A stretch of 64,000 nucleotides of DNA from an uncultured virus (IMG/VR IMGVR_UViG_3300026413_000011) (taxonomy: Duplodnaviria; Heunggongvirae; Uroviricota; Caudoviricetes). The position numbers and the translations under genes were made by a program. This document shows positions 50,113-59,046 of this stretch, piece after piece (the first letter of the stretch is position 1; each line of letters opens with the position of its first letter). Under the pieces are notes generated by a model. It was not told where the DNA came from. It was given only the letters and a program-made list of their open reading frames with translations, and made no database searches. Location: IMG/VR virus record IMGVR_UViG_3300026413_000011, positions 1-64,000 of that record. One strand, given 5' to 3'.

Positions 50113-50335
50113 TCCAAAAGCATTTCGTTATCGTGATGGTACACGTGTAGCTGCTAACACCACCGCTGCACAACTGAAAGCAGATGGTAAAACTAAAGAA
50201 CTCGACAAGCACATGAAACAGCTTGACACCGATTGGCGTGATGCAGAGGGCCGCAAACCCGCTGATGAACTCACCGAACGTGAGCAGATGCTTGAAGGAA
50301 GAATCCCATGGAATCAAGCCCTCCTGAAATCGTAA
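50105..50335 (+). CDS. Small hypothetical protein
   Basis: Biased codons; operon coupling. Confidence 0.7.
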   Translation: MADPKAFRYRDGTRVAANTTAAQLKADGKTKELDKHMKQLDTDWRDAEGRKPADELTEREQMLEGRIPWNQALLKS

Positions 50336-50487
50336 GGCCTGAGATCCTAGAGATCGTTCGATTACAGGACCAAGTAGGATCTACTCAAATACCGAATGGT
50401 ATGACTAGAGCCGAACGTAAGGAATTCATTCGTGATCTCCTTATGAAACAGCTTGAACAATCACGTCGACTAAACAAAGGGGAATAA
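50308..50487 (+). CDS. Small hypothetical protein (59 aa, below the ORF-track cutoff)
   Basis: AAGGA SD; MESSPPEIVRPEILE...LNKGE. Confidence 0.55.
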   Translation: MESSPPEIVRPEILEIVRLQDQVGSTQIPNGMTRAERKEFIRDLLMKQLEQSRRLNKGE

Positions 50488-50542
50488 GTATGGTTAATTT
50501 AATCACACGATAGCCCGTCTCATCTCCGAGGCGGGCGTCGCA

Positions 50543-50869
50543 GTGAGAGAATTCGCTATGTCCGCAGATAAGCAAACCCGTGCCCTTAATCGTTACCATG
50601 ACTTCCGTGTAACCCGTAATCAGACCGCTATCTATTTGTTGTATAACGGTACGGAATGGTTGGCTGCTAATAAGCAACCAGGGTTCCGTAAGCGTAAGGC
50701 TATGAACTGCAGCTGCCGTACTTGCCGTGGTTGGGATCGGGTTGCAAAGCAATTCCGCTTTAACCTGCAGTTGGAGAAACAAGGTATGTGCGAGAAACAT
50801 CAACTCCGCCGTCGTTTGGCTGGCGGGCGTTTGACCAAAGAATGGTCAGAAGAATACGAGGGCCTGTAA
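50543..50869 (+). CDS. Basic Cys-containing protein
   Basis: CSCRTC motif; start uncertain (see findings). Confidence 0.65.
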   Translation: MREFAMSADKQTRALNRYHDFRVTRNQTAIYLLYNGTEWLAANKQPGFRKRKAMNCSCRTCRGWDRVAKQFRFNLQLEKQGMCEKHQLRRRLAGGRLTKEWSEEYEGL

Positions 50870-51039
50870 CATGCGTGAAATCGATTGGGATCTGTTCGAC
50901 GAACACGATGATCTGGTTACTCAGGAAGAGGAATGGGTATGAAACAAGACGAACGTCCTGATATCTAAGGAACCATAATGCCAACTTATAACCAACTCCG
51001 TCCGGGTCTTATTACCGTAACCCGTTCGGAGGGAAGACC

Positions 51040-51216
51040 ATGGCAAAATCGTACAGCAGGCGTAGCAAAAGTGGTTGGAAAGATCTGTGGTCGCCAAGAC
51101 CAATGCGTTTCCAACCATCCACCAAGATGAACAAAGTTCTGTGCCACCGTATCGAGCGTGCACAGGAACTCCAAATGTTGCGCCATGAAGTATCGGCGTT
51201 CTACGCCATCGAATGA
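51040..51216 (+). CDS. Small basic protein (58 aa)
   Basis: GGAGG SD; MAKSYSRRSKSGWKDLW...; ends just before a terminator. Confidence 0.6.
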   Translation: MAKSYSRRSKSGWKDLWSPRPMRFQPSTKMNKVLCHRIERAQELQMLRHEVSAFYAIE

Positions 51217-51222
51217 CATAAC

Positions 51223-51247
51223 GGCTACCCTTCGGGGTAGCCTTATG
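51223..51247 (+). terminator. Hairpin terminator
   Basis: GGCTACCC-TTCG-GGGTAGCC then TTATG. Confidence 0.8.
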
Positions 51248-51276
51248 CCAATTTTTATTTAAACGTTTTACAAGCC

Positions 51277-51291
51277 TATATTACTACGGTG
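51277..51291 (+). promoter_or_regulatory. phiKZ-type early promoter
   Basis: ATTTAAAC...AAGCC-TATATTAC-N5-TG. Confidence 0.8.
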
Positions 51292-51318
51292 TATTCACAC
51301 ATCAAAAGGATTTAAAAG

Positions 51319-51570
51319 ATGGCATCGTCAATCGCTGTAGTTTTCATGACTGTGATGGTAGGTATCGGCAACTCAAGCTCTCGACCACCTGTCGTTGAAA
51401 AAGAAACTGTTGTGTTGCAAGGCAGCAATGCAATGGCGGTATGTCGTCGGCTGGAAAGTAATTTCCACATGGGTGTACCAACGGCCTCAGGGGAAGTAAA
51501 GATTTCGGTTGACAAGTATGGCAACGATATGGTCCGCCGTGAATCCAGCTGTGCCCAGATTACGCTGTAA
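51319..51570 (+). CDS. Hypothetical early protein
   Basis: AAGGA SD after an early promoter. Confidence 0.7.
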   Translation: MASSIAVVFMTVMVGIGNSSSRPPVVEKETVVLQGSNAMAVCRRLESNFHMGVPTASGEVKISVDKYGNDMVRRESSCAQITL

Positions 51571-51591
51571 AAAGATTTTTGTAGAAATAGC

Positions 51592-51620
51592 TTGACGCCT
51601 GCATCGGGTTTAGCTATTAT
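51592..51620 (+). promoter_or_regulatory. Sigma70-like promoter
   Basis: TTGACG-N17-TATTAT with an AT-rich upstream tract, intergenic. Confidence 0.55.
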
Positions 51621-51691
51621 ACAAACACCTGGTAGCGATACTAGGTAGCTGCAAAGAAGCAAACTAAAAACACACATTAAGGAAGCAACAA

Positions 51692-51901
51692 ATGCGTTAT
51701 GAAGACCTGCTGCACATTTCCACCCAGCTGCGCTGTGGTTACCTTCACGATGTTCTGCGAGCTGCTGTCGCAGAAGGCCGTGAAACCCATAAACCGGTGG
51801 GGATTGCTGTAGCAGAAACGCTGGCGGTGTTCAGCCTCTCGGACAAAGAGCGTGCTGCTCTTCAACGCGAAGCAATTGAACGCCTCCGCACTGTAGCGTA
51901 A
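51692..51901 (+). CDS. Small hypothetical protein
   Basis: TAAGGA SD; flanked by a promoter and a terminator. Confidence 0.75.
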   Translation: MRYEDLLHISTQLRCGYLHDVLRAAVAEGRETHKPVGIAVAETLAVFSLSDKERAALQREAIERLRTVA

Positions 51902-51907
51902 CAAGTT

Positions 51908-51934
51908 GGGCCTCTTCGGAGGCCCTTCTCTTTT
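51908..51934 (+). terminator. Hairpin terminator
   Basis: GGGCCTC-TTCG-GAGGCCC then TTCTCTTTT. Confidence 0.8.
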
Positions 51935-51945
51935 GGGGAAAGAAA

Positions 51946-52221
51946 ATGTTGTCAGGTATCTCGGTTTGGATGTACTGGTCAGTAGGCTTCATGTTGTGGG
52001 CAGCAATCGGGCTCGCTATGCTGCAGCCAAAGGAAGTGCTGACTAAAGTTGATCTCTTTAACGGCACTGTGCATCTCTTGTGCTTCTGCTTGCAATTGTG
52101 GTTCTTTACGAGTGGTATGGTTCACAGCGCTGAAGTGAAGTACGAAAAGCAGCAGTACATGGAAGCCTTGGAAATGGAACAGCAGGAGTGGAATGATGAC
52201 CCACAAAATCCTAAGGATTGA
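51946..52221 (+). CDS. Small two-TM membrane protein
   Basis: Two hydrophobic segments, acidic tail. Confidence 0.7.
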   Translation: MLSGISVWMYWSVGFMLWAAIGLAMLQPKEVLTKVDLFNGTVHLLCFCLQLWFFTSGMVHSAEVKYEKQQYMEALEMEQQEWNDDPQNPKD

Positions 52222-52618
52222 AGACACCGATGGCGAAGGCTTGTATCGGGTTGGTGAGTTCCAGTGGTCTCTAGCCAAGCGGTTGGGGATGACGCAAGAT
52301 AACTGTCCTGTTCGTCCAGCCCCATCGGCAGACGGTTTGTGTGATGGCATGCTTGCCCCTACCGAGCAATACGGTTTCGCTAATCCAGATCAATTGATCC
52401 GCTGGATGGATGATATCAACCCAGAAGACATCTACGAAAAACAAGGACACATCGTGGAAGTTGAAGTGTCTGAATTGACGAAGGGTCGTAATCAAATTCG
52501 ATTTCGTCCTGAAGATGTCATCAGCCGGAAAGTGTTGACCGTGGATCAGTTCTACGATACACTGTATTCAAACACAGCAAATCAACTTGAAAACATTGCT
52601 GCAACATTAAGGAACTAA
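52193..52618 (+). CDS. Conserved phage hypothetical protein
   Basis: AGGAG SD; RIE..G.GLY, PAP..DG, YGF...QL..W pattern. Confidence 0.75.
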   Translation: MMTHKILRIEDTDGEGLYRVGEFQWSLAKRLGMTQDNCPVRPAPSADGLCDGMLAPTEQYGFANPDQLIRWMDDINPEDIYEKQGHIVEVEVSELTKGRNQIRFRPEDVISRKVLTVDQFYDTLYSNTANQLENIAATLRN

Positions 52619-52619
52619 T

Positions 52620-53312
52620 ATGGGTATGTATACTGGTGTTCAGATTGATCTTCGGTTGAAGAAAAGTCTGCCCCCACAAATCGTTGTATGGTTGGCCAAG
52701 CACACTCAAGGCGAAGGCGACCTGAAAGACATGAACTCGATGTTCACTGCTGGTCCTGAGTACTTCAAAAACTGGAAAGGTGGTGGTCTCCGTTATGTCG
52801 AAGGCGACCAACAGTTTGGTGATTACTGGCGCCTTAAAGTAAATGGTTGCTGGAAACATGATAATAACAAACTTGCATTCTTCCTGCATGAGATCTATCC
52901 ATGGATTGACATGCGTGAAGGTGAAATTCTGGCACGTACCTGTTACGAAGAATTCGACGCCTGTGACTATATCTACTGGGTTGATCCTAGCGATACACTG
53001 GTTCATTCTCGTCAAGGTGTAAGCTATTGTTGGGAACGCGCTATGTCCCTTGACATTGACGACCCAGCAATTTCTTCCGAGCACCCGAAAGACTGGGATG
53101 CCGATTATCTGGCTGAATCACTAGGACTAGAAAAAGATTACCCAAAAAAGAAAGGGTTCTGTGATAACCGGGTATTCAACTTCAAAGTCAATGAAGTGGT
53201 AAGCCCGAACCAAGAAGAGAAACGGATTCTCGCTAAGCAGCACAACGATAACTACGAAAAAGAACAGCTGGATGACATTCAGCGTCAACTGCAAGAAATG
53301 GAAGGCAAGTAA
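52620..53312 (+). CDS. Hypothetical protein
   Basis: AAGGA SD; MGMYT start typical of a phage family. Confidence 0.8.
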   Translation: MGMYTGVQIDLRLKKSLPPQIVVWLAKHTQGEGDLKDMNSMFTAGPEYFKNWKGGGLRYVEGDQQFGDYWRLKVNGCWKHDNNKLAFFLHEIYPWIDMREGEILARTCYEEFDACDYIYWVDPSDTLVHSRQGVSYCWERAMSLDIDDPAISSEHPKDWDADYLAESLGLEKDYPKKKGFCDNRVFNFKVNEVVSPNQEEKRILAKQHNDNYEKEQLDDIQRQLQEMEGK

Positions 53313-53725
53313 TGAACATCAAGTCTTGGCGTGAAGCCCGTTTCATTCTGGTTAAAGATCAGCTGATCGCATTGGCCGCTCGTCTGGGTTTCATGAACGC
53401 AGAACAGATCAATGAAGTTCCAGTTGCCGTAGTAAACGATGGCTGGAACGTGCGTGTTAGTGCTACTAAAGGCATCGGCCTACAGATCCGTCATTCGCTG
53501 GAAGTTGAGATTTGGCACAGTGAACCTGGGGAAGAACATTATCGGTTCTCTATCGATGTGTTGGGTTCCAACCAATGCAAGAACTGTTACTTCCCAGCTA
53601 TCTATCTGGAAGCTGAAGGGGTTAACAGTTTGAGTGGTCCACAGTTCAGTGACCTGTGCATCCTGCCTGAAATCTTCGGTGACTTCGTAGCTGCGGAAAT
53701 GCTGACCCATTACAAAAAGGATTAA
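53312..53725 (+). CDS. Hypothetical protein
   Basis: TAATG coupling. Confidence 0.75.
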   Translation: MNIKSWREARFILVKDQLIALAARLGFMNAEQINEVPVAVVNDGWNVRVSATKGIGLQIRHSLEVEIWHSEPGEEHYRFSIDVLGSNQCKNCYFPAIYLEAEGVNSLSGPQFSDLCILPEIFGDFVAAEMLTHYKKD

Positions 53726-53726
53726 C

Positions 53727-54179
53727 ATGAGCTTTATTGAACCCAACGAACCGAACACTTCGAAAGACTTCGCTGTGCACATGATTCGTGGTTTGTTGGA
53801 CCATGTGCTAGAACTCGGTTACTTCACGGCATTCCATGTGTTTGCTAAAGAAGGACGCCCGATCTATCGCCGGTGTCATCAGGCAGGTGAAGATCATGTA
53901 ACGATTGAATTCGATGAGTTCAATCCAGAGGTTGATGGTTACGTCTTCCGTATTATTCGTCGTGATCACGATGCAAATTCGTGGTACAAGGTACACGTTC
54001 GTCTAGACTTCCATTTCCAAGTGAAGGGACTGGAAGTTGAATCGCCTAGCCATACGGCTTTGGAGATCGCTACTAACCTGCATCGTGTATTCACCAGCGC
54101 ACGTTGTGGCTATCACTGGAATGGTGAACGCCGTTCGATGCAAGAAATCTCTGATATGCGTGTCTGCAACAACCTCTAA
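53727..54179 (+). CDS. Hypothetical protein
   Basis: AAGGA SD. Confidence 0.75.
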   Translation: MSFIEPNEPNTSKDFAVHMIRGLLDHVLELGYFTAFHVFAKEGRPIYRRCHQAGEDHVTIEFDEFNPEVDGYVFRIIRRDHDANSWYKVHVRLDFHFQVKGLEVESPSHTALEIATNLHRVFTSARCGYHWNGERRSMQEISDMRVCNNL

Positions 54180-54188
54180 GGACTCCGT

Positions 54189-54374
54189 ATGAACCCTGCT
54201 GCTGTCGCACCTGTTGTAGAAGAACCAGAAGAACTCGCTGTATATAAATGTCAGGCTGATAGCAAATCGCCTTACGTTTATTCGCTTCGCAAGAAATGCC
54301 GTTACTGCACTCGTGTTACGGGGAAAGAACGCGAAACCGCTTTGGCTAAAATGCGTCTGCCAGCTGCACAATAA
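54189..54374 (+). CDS. Small zinc-finger-like protein
   Basis: AAGGA SD; C...CRYC. Confidence 0.6.
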   Translation: MNPAAVAPVVEEPEELAVYKCQADSKSPYVYSLRKKCRYCTRVTGKERETALAKMRLPAAQ

Positions 54375-54397
54375 CTAGACTTAGGAAATAGTAAGAA

Positions 54398-54886
54398 ATG
54401 ATGACCAACACTTTCGAAAAACGTATCGGTATGCAAATGCTGGAAGTTCCAATCGTGAACTTCGTCATGGCTGGGTTCATGGATATGTTCGACAAAGATC
54501 CGTCTGCCCGTGTCGTGAACGTGACGGTTGATACCGATGTGATCTTCGAAAAGATTCCACGTGAAGGCAAGCGTTATGAACTGCACGTTACTGTGCGGAA
54601 CAAACGTAGCGGCACCAGTGAGAAAGTCATGTACACCCAAGCAGCAATGGGTGTAAGTGAAATCATGGTTGAAGAGAACATCTCCAACCAACAACGCATC
54701 GACTACCTTAAGCTGGCGGTGTATATTGCTAAGGCGGTAGGTGGTGTACTGGGACGCTTGACCGTTGATGGTGAAGTCGTACCAGATCAACCAGCTGGCA
54801 AAGGTTACTCCCGTCTGGAAGGCGACGTAGCTGCAAACTCTTTCCAGAACTTCCGTAATAATGCACCACTGGCGACGGCTAACTAA
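54398..54886 (+). CDS. Hypothetical protein
   Basis: AGGA SD. Confidence 0.75.
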   Translation: MMTNTFEKRIGMQMLEVPIVNFVMAGFMDMFDKDPSARVVNVTVDTDVIFEKIPREGKRYELHVTVRNKRSGTSEKVMYTQAAMGVSEIMVEENISNQQRIDYLKLAVYIAKAVGGVLGRLTVDGEVVPDQPAGKGYSRLEGDVAANSFQNFRNNAPLATAN

Positions 54887-55161
54887 TGCTTCGGTATAGC
54901 ACTTCTGAAATGATGGTGCTACTGATTCCGCTGGCGATCCTAGCTGCATGGACGCTGGCGCGAACAGTTCGGCTCTATCGTGAACACGCGCGGTTCTCTC
55001 TGAACTACAAGCCTAGTTATCACGGTGAGGATTACCGGGAACGTTGGCGGCGTAAGTTCGACCAATATTACTTTGCCTGTGGATACACCTGTTTCACGTG
55101 GTGTGCATTCACAGCAGTTTCGATTATTACTTATTTCGGGGCAGTACATGGATCACCTTGA
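54886..55161 (+). CDS. Small two-TM membrane protein
   Basis: TAATG coupling; hydrophobic ends. Confidence 0.65.
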   Translation: MLRYSTSEMMVLLIPLAILAAWTLARTVRLYREHARFSLNYKPSYHGEDYRERWRRKFDQYYFACGYTCFTWCAFTAVSIITYFGAVHGSP

Positions 55162-55615
55162 TACACAGTGTATGAAAATGCTCACCGGTATTCTGACGGG
55201 TGGGCAACTCAAACGTTACAAAATGACTACGGCTGTATTGGAAGCATGGCAGAAGTCTATGGCGTATCGTCTAGACTTTGCTCAGTCTACTGACAACACG
55301 TCGGTAGATGGTTTCGTATGGAAACGCCATAGCGATTTCAACGATAAGCGCCCGATCAATGATCGTGTGCGCCGTGGTTATTCGATCCACTCAGTTGCCG
55401 ATGGGTGGACATGGATCGCAGATTCTCTACCTGATAAAAAGATCCCTCTGAAGCGCCACATGGAACTTCTGAAGATCGGTCCGGTTAATGAAGTGGACAT
55501 GGTGAAGCTTACCATTGAAACTCCAGCCTTCACAACTCCTGAAGGTAAAGATCTACACGCCGAAAGTTTCACAGGTTGGCTGTTCGATCCGAAGAATCAT
55601 TTCTGGAGAGACTGA
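55148..55615 (+). CDS. Hypothetical protein
   Basis: ATG 55148 after GGGG; coupled to the next gene. Confidence 0.7.
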   Translation: MDHLDTQCMKMLTGILTGGQLKRYKMTTAVLEAWQKSMAYRLDFAQSTDNTSVDGFVWKRHSDFNDKRPINDRVRRGYSIHSVADGWTWIADSLPDKKIPLKRHMELLKIGPVNEVDMVKLTIETPAFTTPEGKDLHAESFTGWLFDPKNHFWRD

Positions 55616-55992
55616 TGCGATTTCTCAAGTTGCTGTTGGGTACTGTCGCTATGTTGGGGATGACTACGTGTCATCCCGTCATGGCTATGCAGGATAATAA
55701 GGTAGCACTTACGGCAACCAGTTGTCAAGTCGCTGATCAATACGCACGTGATACCATCCATCTGATTCAGGATGGTAAATCGAACATCGAAATCATGTCG
55801 TGGTTGGATTCTGTTACACCGGATGTAAATGTAGAACCACAAGGATACCTCGGGGTTTTGTGGACAAAGCTGAATGTTTCAAATCTACGTGTTGCCTTGA
55901 GCAAAGCGTATAAAGAAGGTGTCATCCGCCAGAAGTCCATGAACAATTGTCTGGACTCTGTAAACCAAGAATTTATGGTAGTAAGGAAATAA
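55615..55992 (+). CDS. Putative exported small helical protein
   Basis: GGAG SD; signal peptide; two cysteines in the mature part. Confidence 0.7.
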   Translation: MRFLKLLLGTVAMLGMTTCHPVMAMQDNKVALTATSCQVADQYARDTIHLIQDGKSNIEIMSWLDSVTPDVNVEPQGYLGVLWTKLNVSNLRVALSKAYKEGVIRQKSMNNCLDSVNQEFMVVRK

Positions 55993-55995
55993 GCT

Positions 55996-56460
55996 ATGGA
56001 ACTCTCCCTGATTCGTGCACTGCGTGATAACTTCGGCGATCGCTATGTATCCGCTGAAGATCTTTTCCGCAAGTCACTGAACACCGTTGCAACTCCAGCC
56101 ATGGGCCATGACCACGCGGTGTTGTGGATCATTGTTGACAACGCTCGTGGCGAGGACATTGTACGTCGCCACTACGAATCGATGCTCCGCTATGATGCTG
56201 AGATCGATGGCATCGAAAAGCCAATCGATCCGTACAACGGTCCTCGTGAACTGGCTACCCGTTTGATCCAGCAAGGCTACAAGCTGGAACTGACCGTATT
56301 GCCGCCAGACTTCGATAAGAAGGAACAGTACGTAATGCTCAAGCATCGTGAGATGCAAGCCAAACATTACGACGTCCAAGCTGTGTGCTATAACCTGGAC
56401 AATCGAGTTATGCCAGATGAAACCATGGATCCACTGAAGATCGATGGTATCAGCGAATGA
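55996..56460 (+). CDS. Hypothetical protein
   Basis: AAGGA SD. Confidence 0.8.
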   Translation: MELSLIRALRDNFGDRYVSAEDLFRKSLNTVATPAMGHDHAVLWIIVDNARGEDIVRRHYESMLRYDAEIDGIEKPIDPYNGPRELATRLIQQGYKLELTVLPPDFDKKEQYVMLKHREMQAKHYDVQAVCYNLDNRVMPDETMDPLKIDGISE

Positions 56461-56876
56461 CCGCTGGTGCTTTCCGTGTGATGCTGATATACATGTCACT
56501 GGTGTTTGCCGGTATTGCATGTTGGCCTGCACACGCAGAAGAAACCGAGTTCCTACGTATCACTCCTAAGGCTTGTAACTACGTGGAAACGTTGTCACAG
56601 TCTGCAGTGGTCTTACAAAAGGCTCTCGGGGACAATCAAGCTACAGCATGGTTTGACGGCGAACTCGAACGTAGTACGGATGAACCAGATCTGTATTTGG
56701 CTACGTACATGGTTCGGTCAGCTATCCCCACCACGTTGGCTAAATATGATTCCAAAGAAGTAAAGGACCTGAAGAAGATCCTTCCACGCTATAACCAGAT
56801 GCAATTGTTTGGCGTGCGAATGAAACAACTGTGCGCTACATCGGAGAACTCGTTATACGAAGTTCCTAAGCGCTAA
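56457..56876 (+). CDS. Putative exported small helical protein
   Basis: Signal peptide ending AHA; two cysteines in the mature part. Confidence 0.7.
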   Translation: MTAGAFRVMLIYMSLVFAGIACWPAHAEETEFLRITPKACNYVETLSQSAVVLQKALGDNQATAWFDGELERSTDEPDLYLATYMVRSAIPTTLAKYDSKEVKDLKKILPRYNQMQLFGVRMKQLCATSENSLYEVPKR

Positions 56877-56883
56877 ATAGAAT

Positions 56884-56921
56884 GCCTCCCTTCGGGGAGG
56901 CTTCTATGCTATTTTTTTTTT
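56884..56921 (+). terminator. Hairpin terminator
   Basis: GCCTCCC-TTCG-GGGAGGC then TTCTATG and T-run. Confidence 0.8.
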
Positions 56922-56942
56922 GACTCCAAAAAATCTCAAATC

Positions 56943-56957
56943 TATATTACTCTCGTG
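56943..56957 (+). promoter_or_regulatory. phiKZ-type early promoter
   Basis: AAATCTCAAATC-TATATTAC-N5-TG. Confidence 0.8.
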
Positions 56958-57028
56958 ATGCATCTGTTATAGGAGCAAGGCAAAAGCTTGTAGTAAACTA
57001 CTTGCGTGTATTTGATATAGGAGCAGCA

Positions 57029-57514
57029 ATGGCTTATGCACGGTTGGCTATTGTTCGTGGAGAATGGCAACTTGATCCTGATGGGGTCATCCGTCTCTAT
57101 GTTCGCCCTACTCTTGAACTAATAGACCGCAACGGGGACACGCAACATGTATCAGCATTCGCAGCAACTGGCAGACGATCAAACTCAACATGCAGCAAAC
57201 CGTCGAGTACTTTCGTTTGCACCTCCACCCAAGCCTGTGACGCGGTTGGGCGAGGCTATGGGCAAGCCGCAATACCAGCGTACCGACAGTGGTTGGAACC
57301 GCTAACACCGGATCAGAATTTTCACGTACTTGGAGAATTGTGTAACAACAGTTCTCCGATTATGGCGTTAATCGTTTTAAATGCAGCAATCAAGTGGCAT
57401 GTGCAACAAATGGAACCAGGTCTGGTATGTATTACAGACGCAATTGAAACTAATCAATTCGATGGGCAGATCATCGAGATATTGAGGCGAATGAAAGTTG
57501 GCAAATGTCATTGA
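57029..57514 (+). CDS. Hypothetical early protein
   Basis: AGGAG SD before ATG 57029. Confidence 0.7.
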   Translation: MAYARLAIVRGEWQLDPDGVIRLYVRPTLELIDRNGDTQHVSAFAATGRRSNSTCSKPSSTFVCTSTQACDAVGRGYGQAAIPAYRQWLEPLTPDQNFHVLGELCNNSSPIMALIVLNAAIKWHVQQMEPGLVCITDAIETNQFDGQIIEILRRMKVGKCH

Positions 57515-57836
57515 ACAGTTGTTGAGTAACATTCCTAATCGGAATGAACTCATCGAACGTGGTACCGCTCATGAAGTGAAACAAATCCTGGAACTCGTCG
57601 TTGCTGTATTCTGCGGCGATCAGGGTTACGACCCTTTCCTGAACGTTCAAGATAACCAGAACGCATGGAAGTGGTATATTGAATTGCCATTCCATGTTTC
57701 TGAATACGTGCAGCATGCTGTGCGTGACAAGCTTGCAGATAAAGAATTCAGCATTGTGCATTTCAATGACTACAATGCTTTCGAAGACGGGTTCACCCGT
57801 ATGTCCCTTACTGTCCTGAAGAGCGATCCAAAGTAA
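57498..57836 (+). CDS. Hypothetical protein
   Basis: TTG start after GAGG; coupled to the next gene. Confidence 0.7.
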   Translation: MANVIEQLLSNIPNRNELIERGTAHEVKQILELVVAVFCGDQGYDPFLNVQDNQNAWKWYIELPFHVSEYVQHAVRDKLADKEFSIVHFNDYNAFEDGFTRMSLTVLKSDPK

Positions 57837-58201
57837 TGTGCCATATGTACCAAGATGCTGACAAGCATGTCGTAGAAATCCAGGAAAGCATCGCTAAAGC
57901 TGTTATCGATGCCGTGATGGAAAAGCACTACGAGAAACCAATCCCAGGTCCCGCTCGTGTTACCCACAACGGTCTGGTATTCATTATTCACCACCCAGTA
58001 GACATCCGCAGTGAATCGCTGGCTGGTAAGAAGATCATCCAAGAACTCCGTTCTCTTGGCTTCATCGCTATCGAATTCTACGATGCCCCTAGTCGTGATC
58101 TGGGTACAGCTATTGAATACGCCCTTCCGACCGTAGAACGCTACGAGGAATACTGGGCTCAAATTGACGAATATAACCAAGAGGATGGATGCCGTGTTTG
58201 A
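57836..58201 (+). CDS. Hypothetical protein
   Basis: TAATG coupling. Confidence 0.75.
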   Translation: MCHMYQDADKHVVEIQESIAKAVIDAVMEKHYEKPIPGPARVTHNGLVFIIHHPVDIRSESLAGKKIIQELRSLGFIAIEFYDAPSRDLGTAIEYALPTVERYEEYWAQIDEYNQEDGCRV

Positions 58202-58526
58202 TCTCGCCGCTGTGGATATCTTCCGTCCGGGTGATGTGGTATGTTCGTTCCGTAAGGATGACAATGAAACCGTGAAGAAATTTGCGGAAGTCATGCAACA
58301 ACAGGGTATGGAAATCTGGGCGTATTCGGATCGTGGCGAATACTACCAGTATCTGTTCGTACCAGATGCTGAAGCGCGTCGTGCAGTAGCCTTGGCTTCT
58401 GATCAGAACTCGCTGGCGGGTATCATCCCTCCACCGGCTCAAATCGGTGATGCGATCATCGAGCATACCGCCTACAATCTCGAAGGTTGGCCTAGTGATA
58501 AAGGCATAGCCCACCTGGCTTCGTAA
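58164..58526 (+). CDS. Hypothetical protein
   Basis: Overlapping operon ORF; start uncertain. Confidence 0.7.
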   Translation: MTNITKRMDAVFDLAAVDIFRPGDVVCSFRKDDNETVKKFAEVMQQQGMEIWAYSDRGEYYQYLFVPDAEARRAVALASDQNSLAGIIPPPAQIGDAIIEHTAYNLEGWPSDKGIAHLAS

Positions 58527-58570
58527 GAAACTTTTTACGCAGGTTATCTAATTCCATGGAGGACTAAGAA

Positions 58571-58756
58571 ATGGCAAAAGAACCTTTCCCAGAAAACCTG
58601 TCGTTTGAAGAAGTTTTGGCTTCTGTGGCTGGTGGCGCATTGTTGATTCGACATAAACGCGAAGAGGCAAAAACCACTAGTCCAGAGCCCCAAGAAGGAG
58701 CTGACAAACTGGTATTGAAACCTAACCCAGAATACCTCGTGGATGTACACGTATGA
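58571..58756 (+). CDS. Small hypothetical protein
   Basis: GGAGG SD. Confidence 0.7.
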   Translation: MAKEPFPENLSFEEVLASVAGGALLIRHKREEAKTTSPEPQEGADKLVLKPNPEYLVDVHV

Positions 58757-59037
58757 GCAAACCCTTCAACAGCATGACTGCGGCACGAGATCACATTCTC
58801 ACTGGTCTGTTGGAAATGAACAAAACTGTTCAGGATGAACTCGATAGCCAAGACCTCGGTTTTACTATTGATCAATCCGTAGCAGTGCAGCAAGCGATTC
58901 AAAACACAACTATCGGTACGTTGCGTGTCATCGATAGTGCAGCACAAATTTGCCCAGCTGGTTACAACCTGGGTAGCACCCCATTCTTCGATGAAGATGA
59001 ACTAGTCGAAGCGTACATCGAAACCATTAACTCGTAG
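58753..59037 (+). CDS. Small acidic protein (ends in INS)
   Basis: ATGA overlap. Confidence 0.75.
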   Translation: MSKPFNSMTAARDHILTGLLEMNKTVQDELDSQDLGFTIDQSVAVQQAIQNTTIGTLRVIDSAAQICPAGYNLGSTPFFDEDELVEAYIETINS

Positions 59038-59046
59038 AGAACTGAG

